Assembly (NCBI RefSeq): GCF_001457815.1
Contig: NZ_LN898221.1
Location: forward strand, 463,788-495,787
DNA length: 32,000 nucleotides
Direction: 5' to 3'
From: Vitreoscilla massiliensis
GTDB lineage: Bacteria > Pseudomonadota > Gammaproteobacteria > Burkholderiales > Neisseriaceae
The translations under genes were made by a program, and so were the position numbers. Positions 26,424 to 32,000 of this stretch are shown here, one piece after another. Below the pieces are notes generated by a model. The model made no database searches. It saw nothing but the letters and a program-made list of their open reading frames with translations, and was not told where the DNA came from. The stretch's first letter is position 1. Every line of letters starts with the position of its first letter.

Positions 26424-27180
26424 CTTCTGGCATCACTTTCGATTGAATTTGTATTTGGGTGTTGAACACCTGCACATTGCCATCATCGTCAATCAAACTG
26501 AATTGCAATGGCGTTTTGTTTACAGGCCGCTTATACAAGGGCACGCTGACACTGCTGGAAGGGGCAATGGTCAGTGTGGTTTGCAATTGCGGCTCTTTCG
26601 CCACCATGATTTCTCCAAACGAGGCATAAAACGGGGAAGGATTGTCTATGCGCAAACGTTGCTCGGCTTCATCACAGTGAAAACGCAATTGCCGTGACAG
26701 TTTCGCCGTGTCTAGTTGCCATTTATCAGGTCGGTAAAACAGCTTCATTTGCAATCTGACATTGACTTTCAACACATCGCCAGCTTGCGCTTGGGGGTTA
26801 CTTGGCACCAGCTCATACAAATTGAGCCAATACAAAGACTCGGCCTGTTGATTGTGTTCTTGGCTGAATTTATTGATCAAGCGTATTGGCTTGATTTGTT
26901 GTGGCTCCAAATGCAGTAATGGAGGCAATGTCATCAGTGGCGCTGCTACCGCTTGTTGTGGCACATTGCTGACAACTCCATCATCAACCCAATTTTGGAT
27001 GATGATGGGATAGTCACCGGTATTTTTTAAAAACACCGTGGCCTCACGTTCAGAGTGGTGCACCACATAGCGCGATTGCTGTATGGAAAACTCGGCCGCC
27101 GCTGGAGCTGAGTACAGTGCTGCGGTGCAGCCCAACATCAGGCTGGCACAGGCTGAAAATATTGGCCTAGGCTTCCTCAT
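26416..27180 (-). CDS. Periplasmic fimbrial chaperone, PapD-like
   Basis: 254-aa ORF. It has a signal peptide ending in AAA, then SRYVVHHSEREATVFLKNTGDYPIIIQNWVDD, LPPLLHLEPQQIKPIRL, ESLYWLNLYELVP and VRLQMKLFYRP, which are classic PapD-family motifs. It overlaps the usher 3' end by 14 nt. Confidence 0.85.
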   Translation of the reverse strand: MRKPRPIFSACASLMLGCTAALYSAPAAAEFSIQQSRYVVHHSEREATVFLKNTGDYPIIIQNWVDDGVVSNVPQQAVAAPLMTLPPLLHLEPQQIKPIRLINKFSQEHNQQAESLYWLNLYELVPSNPQAQAGDVLKVNVRLQMKLFYRPDKWQLDTAKLSRQLRFHCDEAEQRLRIDNPSPFYASFGEIMVAKEPQLQTTLTIAPSSSVSVPLYKRPVNKTPLQFSLIDDDGNVQVFNTQIQIQSKVMPEDE

Positions 27181-29677
27181 TGCGACACACTCCCCTCAAG
27201 CGGATTAATTGGTCTTGTTCTGACACATCGCTGATGTCGTAGACTATCTTGCAAGCGGCATTGGCAATGCGCAACACACCTTGTACCTTACTCACACGCA
27301 CATACAATTGGTTGCCTTGCCCTACCATGCCCACCACCTCATTGTTTTCATCCAAAACTTCCGCACCCAAAGGCAAAGACACTTCTGGCGCGAGGCTGAT
27401 GAGCACTGGATAGCCGCGTTTGGTCTCAAATTTGACTTTCACAGCCGCGCCGGAATACGGAGCCACTTGGGTATTGCTTTGCTGCAATTCGACGTGGTTG
27501 TTCTCAATGTATTTGCTGTCCAAGCCCACTTGATTGTATTGGTAAGGCACCAAGGACGGCATCACGGCATAGCCAAAGCGGTCTACTTTAGAACCCGTAC
27601 CATTCATGACTTTGGCGCCTTTCGCACCTTTCGCTTCGATCAAAGCATAGGTTTCACTGAGCCTTGGTGCCAAAGTCACACCACCGGAATGGACAATGAC
27701 CGAGCCTTGCACATTGGCACCATATTGTTTGTAATCCTTGCCTTTATTGACGTTGGCCGAAACCGTTGCCAAGGCAGCCTGTTTGGTCACACTCGCACCC
27801 ATGCTGGTCAAATCGTCTTGGTTATTGTAATTGGCATTTAAGGCATAACTTAAGGTGCCGCTTTCTCCAACCACACCCGACAAGGTGGTGTTATAGGTAT
27901 TCACATCATCATTGCTGTGCGTTGAATTCAACTGCAAGGTTGGGCTGTTGCGACCACGGCCCAAAGGCACAGACAAGGTAAACATCAACGATTTTTGCGT
28001 GTCTTGTTGGTTCAGATTGCTGTTGCCCAAGCTGTCCAAGCCTAAGAAATCACCGGTTTTTTGTTGGCTGTATGAAACGCCGTAACTGATGCCTTTGTAG
28101 GAATTTGAATAACCGGCCTGTAACTGCTTGTCGTCTTTCTTATTGCCATAATACTGATTCAAAGAACCAGACACATACACTTGCCCATACTTGCCCAAAT
28201 TTTGGTTGATTTGCAAGATGGATTGGTTTTTTTGCTTATAGGTGGTGGAATCCTAGCTGTCACCGTTTAATAAGGCTTCACGGCTGCCCAGCACGTCGGT
28301 TAATTCCCTAAAGCCTTCGGTAGTGTAACGGTAGTTGGCCAAGGTCAACACGGTATTGGTGGGCTCAAAAGTCTTGCTGTAGTTCACACCCCAGCGCGAA
28401 CCGGTATGGTCTTTTTTATCTATTGTGGTATTGGAAAAGGACGCCAGCACACTGAACGCACCCACTGGTGAGGAGAACGCCGTTCCCACCGTCGCAGCTT
28501 GGTAATCATCGGCAATGCGCAGGCCACCGTGCGCGGTCAATTTATTGGTCAAACCGCGTCGATACGATGCGTCAATAAATTGATTGTCCACTTTTTTAAA
28601 GTCGCGGGTTTCACCCAGCGCAATGTGGTATTCAGAGTGTCCAGGGCGTACCGACTCGGGTACGGCCGAAAACGGTACACGAAACGTGCTTACCGAACCA
28701 TCGGACTCGATGATTTGCACATCCAAGTCCCCAGAATATCCGGTCGAGTACAAGTCTTTGATTTCAAAGCGACCTGGAGCCACTGTAGTTTGGTAAATTT
28801 CACGCTTGTCTTGGAATATCTTCACCACTGCCGTGGTTTTGGCAATGCCACGCACCACCGGCGCATAGCCTTTTTCAGAGCTGGCCAACATTTTGTTGTC
28901 GGATTCCAGCTGTATCCCTTTAAACGCGAGACTGCCCAACGATGTTGCTGGTGTGTACAACTCTCCTATGGTCAACTCAGATTTCAATTTGAACAGCGGT
29001 CGTTTGGCATAAACCCGGTTGGTGGTGAATTTTGACTTGGATTCGTGTTGGTAGGTTTGGCGTGAATAATTGGATTGCTGACGCAATTGCCACAAGCCCA
29101 AGTTGACCGCACTGTCAAAATACACATAAGTGCTGCTGCTGTCGCTGAAATCAGTATCGTTTTTGTAATAGTTGATGCTGTAATTGTTAGACAGCATGGT
29201 ATCGCCACTGCTTAAATTGTCTTCAGTGACACTACCGCGTGCCATGCGCTTCAACTGAACTTGCGGAATCAACAAATTCAAGCGCAGGGCTTGGCTTTCC
29301 AACTGAGAACTGGAGCCGGTGACGTAATGCTCTATGAACACGCATTCATTAGCAAAATGCAGTTCTGATTCAGCAAACGTGCTGATGATGCCCATTTTAT
29401 TGAGCAAGCTCACATCAAAACACGCCTTAATTTGTCCCCGTTCATTGCGTTTGAATTGGATGTTTTCACGGCTCATGAAAGTGGTGTTGACATAGACATC
29501 CACCAATAAGCTCGTTTCATCCAACACTTGTTCTTGGTTGATGCTGTTTAAGTCAACCTGCTCATTGCCCCCGAGCAAAGTGCTACTGTCAAAGTAGAAC
29601 TGCTTGGAATTGCTTGCGATGTCTTCGGCATAAGCAAAACCGGGGAAAGCACATAATATAACCACTGCTTTCAACAG
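27167..29677 (-). pseudogene. Fimbrial outer-membrane usher interrupted by one in-frame amber codon, with no ATG start
   Basis: ORFs 28253..29788 and 27167..28216 are in the same frame, separated only by TAG at 28253-28255 (..REALLNGDS*DSTTYKQKNQSILQINQNLGKYG..). Together they total about 835 aa, the size of a typical usher. The N-terminal region has the usher pattern (FDSSTLLGG..VDLNSIN...LLVDVYVN). The signal-like KAVVILCAFPGFAYA is preceded only by CTG/TTG (29677/29674). The upstream part of the track ORF is antisense to the neighbouring gene and is not credible. Confidence 0.8.
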
Positions 29678-29688
29678 GCAGTGGTTAT
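29658..29688. other. Perfect 11-bp-stem hairpin at the junction between the fimbrial cluster and the oxidoreductase operon
   Basis: ATAACCACTGC (29658-29668), a 9-nt loop, then GCAGTGGTTAT (29678-29688). Confidence 0.6.
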
Positions 29689-29689
29689 A

Positions 29690-30952
29690 GACAATGTCAT
29701 CGCCTACGATGCCGCGCCACAAGGCCAAGAAGGACCGTGGGTGACGTTCGCGCGCATGGAGACCTTGCGTTCGCCCAAAACCTTGCACGGCCCGGCTTTG
29801 GGCTTGCCGCTATTAACATTCCGAGCTTGGTATACCGCCCAATGGGGCGATGAAGCTTGGGCGCAATTGGACAAGATTCCCAAAGACCAATGGATGGATT
29901 ATTTGGTGTGGTTCCGCCAAGTGCTGAATTTGCCGATACAAAACGGCGTGCGCATGACTCGCATTTCTGCAGCGGGTGAATTGATTGCCATCGATGTCGA
30001 AGGTGCGGTCAACACCACCGTCTACACGCGCAAATTGGTGTTGGCTACAGGCCGCTCAGGTTTGGGCGGCACCAGTGTGCCAGACTTCTTACAACACGTA
30101 GACCGCCAATACTGGGCACACTCCGCCGATGACATTGATTTTGCGGCCTTAAAAGGCAAAAACGTCGCCGTCATCGGTGCCGGCGCTTCGGCCATGGACA
30201 ATGCTGCCACCGCCTTGGAAGCCGGTGCAGCATCGTTAGACATGCTCATCCGCCGTCCCGAGATGCCACGCATCAATAAAATGACCGGCATAGGCAGCCA
30301 AGGTGTGGTGCAAGGCATGCACCTTTTGCCTGACGAATGGAAATGGAAAATCTTTGACTATGTCGCCGCGGCACAAACGCCACCGCCTCATGCGTCTACC
30401 TTGCGCGTATCGCACCATGAAAATGCCCATTTTTACTTGAATTGCGGCATCAAAGCGGTAACAGAACAAGCCGGACAATTGCTCATCTCCACCTCCCAAA
30501 GGCAAAAAGCCTACGATTACCTCATCGCTGCCACTGGCTTTAAAAACGATTTCAGTGGCCGCGCCGAATTTGCCAACATCGCTCCCCACATCCGCAGCTG
30601 GGCCGATGCGCGCTACCAAACCGCTATGGGCAGTGCGCGTACCCACATGTTGGAAGCGCCTGACTTGGGCCCTGCGTTTGAATTTCAAGAGCGTGTGGCC
30701 GGTGCTTGCCCAATGTTGCAACACATTCATTGCTTTAACGACGCCGCCATGCTCAGTCACGGCAAGGTATCTGGCGACATTCCTGCGGTCAGCGCCGGTG
30801 CTGAGCGCTTGGTGCGCGGCATCACCGCGGCCTTATTTCAAGAAGACATCCAACAACACTATGCCAGCTTGGAAGCCTTTGCCCATCCAGAACTCTTGGG
30901 CGACGAGTGGACTGACTCATCGCCGCTGATTAAACACGAGGTATTGCTGTGA
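29690..30952 (+). pseudogene. FAD/NAD(P)-dependent oxidoreductase (flavin monooxygenase-like), 5'-truncated
   Basis: The second dinucleotide-binding motif is present (KNVAVIGAGASAMDNA), as is the conserved FARMETLRSPK...LVLATGRSG region. No N-terminal GxGxxG FAD-binding motif is left. Similarity starts abruptly at the junction hairpin. The only start in the track is a GTG inside that hairpin. Confidence 0.6.
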
Positions 30953-31425
30953 AAGACACCATAGACGTATGCGCAGGCATTACAGAAGCCAGCGCCTTAT
31001 ACCAAACCCGCCGTTTTCGACCCGAATTTGTCGACGGCGCGGTGCAATGCGAAGCATCGGTATTGCGGCCTGTAAACGATTTGGGCTTAAGTGCCGAGCT
31101 GCGTTTGGCCATTGCCTTGCGCATCGCCAAACACAATGGCGTGGCCAGCTTAATCGCCGAATACAAACAGCGTTTTGCCGAAGTGGCAGCAACACCAGCC
31201 TTACAAGCCTTGGCACATGGCCAAGAAATGGGGGCGGAATGGGAAGCATTGGCGCGCCACATCGACATGGTGACGCAAGAGCCCAGCCTCGCCAATGCCG
31301 AGCACATCGCCTTATTGCGTCAAGCAGGCTACAGCGACAGCCAAATCGTGGCCTTGTCGGAATTGATTGCATTTGTGAATTTTCAAACCCGCGTCGTCAG
31401 CGGTTTGCAATTGTTGGGGGCTTAA
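30949..31425 (+). CDS. CMD (carboxymuconolactone decarboxylase/AhpD-like) domain protein, resembling the Avi_7170 family
   Basis: 158-aa ORF whose GTG start overlaps the upstream stop (GTGA). The all-helical AhpD-like sequence includes ...LSAELRLAIALRIAKHN...HIALLRQAGYSDSQIVALSELIAFVNFQTRVV. The family assignment is from memory of the motif pattern. Confidence 0.6.
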   Translation: MKDTIDVCAGITEASALYQTRRFRPEFVDGAVQCEASVLRPVNDLGLSAELRLAIALRIAKHNGVASLIAEYKQRFAEVAATPALQALAHGQEMGAEWEALARHIDMVTQEPSLANAEHIALLRQAGYSDSQIVALSELIAFVNFQTRVVSGLQLLGA

Positions 31426-31427
31426 TC

Positions 31428-31559
31428 ATGTTGGCTAAAGTGAGTTTAAAAAGTTTGGATTGGCATCCTTACATCACGCCAGTCGATGTCGCCACGGCGA
31501 CACCCGAACAATTGGCGGCGATGCAGGTCACGCCATCGAATAAGAAGATTTCCGATTGA
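31428..31559 (+). pseudogene. Peroxidase-related (AhpD-like, resembling the Avi_7169 family) gene truncated after 43 codons
   Basis: MLAKVSLKSLDWHPYITPVDVATATPEQLAAMQVTPSNKKISD* matches only the N-terminal ~40 aa of ~200-aa partners of CMD proteins. No frame continues after 31559. Confidence 0.45.
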
Positions 31560-31638
31560 GTGTCAGTAAATAATTGAACAAGCTCCGATGGCGTACTTCA
31601 CCTACTCGGTTTCTAAAGATGCAATGACGCATACACAA

Positions 31639-31672
31639 AACACCCACCCAATTGCCAAGGTGGGTGTTTTAA
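31639..31672 (+). terminator. Rho-independent terminator
   Basis: AACACCCACC (31639-31648), a 10-nt loop, then GGTGGGTGTT (31659-31668), followed by TTAAATT. Confidence 0.6.
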
Positions 31673-31704
31673 ATTGCCACGCTTAATCGTAGGAAATGAT
31701 TTCC

Positions 31705-32000
31705 ATGCTTGAAATAAACGACTTACACCTCGCCTATGGCGACACCCAAATCCTCAAAGGGGTGAACCTGCAAGTGAACCGCGGCGATGTGGTTTCCATC
31801 ATCGGCCCCAGCGGCACCGGTAAAACCACCTTATTGCGCTGTATCAATTACTTGGCCAAACCCACTTCCGGCACGATTCAATTTGACCAAGTGACTATGG
31901 ACTACCGCAAGCCCGACAAAGCCGCCATCCGCAACATCCGTTTGCACACCGCCATGGTGTTCCAGCAATTCAATGTGTTTAAAAACATGACGGTATTGCA
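31705..32000 (+). CDS. ABC transporter ATP-binding protein (polar amino-acid importer type). The 5' part runs off the window.
   Basis: MLEINDLHLAYGDTQILKGVNLQVNRGDVVSIIGPSGTGKTTLLRCINYLAKPTSGTIQFD...MVFQQFNVFKNMTVL, with Walker A (GPSGTGKT) and the Q-loop (FQQFN). It is not in the ORF track because it is open at the window edge. Confidence 0.85.
   Translation, partial: MLEINDLHLAYGDTQILKGVNLQVNRGDVVSIIGPSGTGKTTLLRCINYLAKPTSGTIQFDQVTMDYRKPDKAAIRNIRLHTAMVFQQFNVFKNMTVL

Noticed and set aside
29678-29788. The N-terminal 37 codons of the usher track ORF (MQGFGRTQGLHARERHPRSFLALWRGIVGDDIVYNHC).
   Set aside because: This stretch is antisense to the conserved part of the oxidoreductase gene, is Arg-rich, and precedes rather than forms the signal-like segment. 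It is an open-frame artefact across the junction.
30930-31559. ORFs 30969-31559 (+, 196 aa), 30930-31307 (-, 125 aa) and 30980-31372 (-, 130 aa), which overlap the CMD gene.
   Set aside because: Their translations are Arg/Cys/Pro-rich, typical of off-frame reading of GC-rich coding DNA. The CMD-domain frame (30949-31425) has a coherent helical AhpD-like sequence and overlap coupling to the upstream gene. Only the last 43 codons of the 196-aa ORF (from ATG 31428) look genuine.

Overview
This 32-kb window is an accessory-type region from a Gram-negative chromosome. The host may be beta-proteobacterial and Neisseriaceae-like, but that is inferred only from an IS1016-like element and a DUS-like repeated 11-mer. 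Contents from left to right:

1. A prophage lysis-cassette remnant: a hypothetical protein, a holin and a CHAP-type endolysin, all on the minus strand.
2. Three insertion sequences: a frameshifted IS1016-like element directly abutting an intact IS3-family element, then a second IS3-family element with a damaged orfA. A small secreted His/Lys-rich Asr-like protein lies between the two IS3 elements.
3. A module of a cytoplasmic Sel1-repeat protein and a translationally coupled ~90-aa ORF, divergent from a CI/XRE-type HTH regulator.
4. Three tandem type II toxin-antitoxin loci. Only one (Phd/YefM-VapC) is intact. The second has a toxin with a nonsense codon and a frameshifted antitoxin. The third is hipB plus a 39-codon hipA stub.
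5. A two-partner secretion locus. The tpsA gene is 10.7 kb and encodes an ESPR signal, a TPS domain, an estimated 80-100 GLUG-type repeats by eye, seven near-identical 246-bp MBG/YDG-type tandem repeats, and no toxin C-terminus. It is overlap-coupled to an FhaC/ShlB-type tpsB.
6. A LysE-family exporter.
7. A decayed chaperone-usher fimbrial cluster: a usher with one in-frame amber codon, a chaperone and a 482-aa two-domain adhesin, with no major pilin gene.
8. A hard breakpoint into a 5'-truncated FAD/NAD(P) oxidoreductase gene, then a CMD/AhpD-like gene, a truncated peroxidase-related gene and the start of an ABC ATPase.

The most striking feature outside the genes is the 11-mer GCGGCCTGTAA. 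It occurs at least 21 times in unrelated contexts, including as an inverted pair that forms a terminator. This is the pattern expected of a DNA uptake sequence with a non-canonical sequence. I saw no rRNA gene, complete tRNA gene or CRISPR array.
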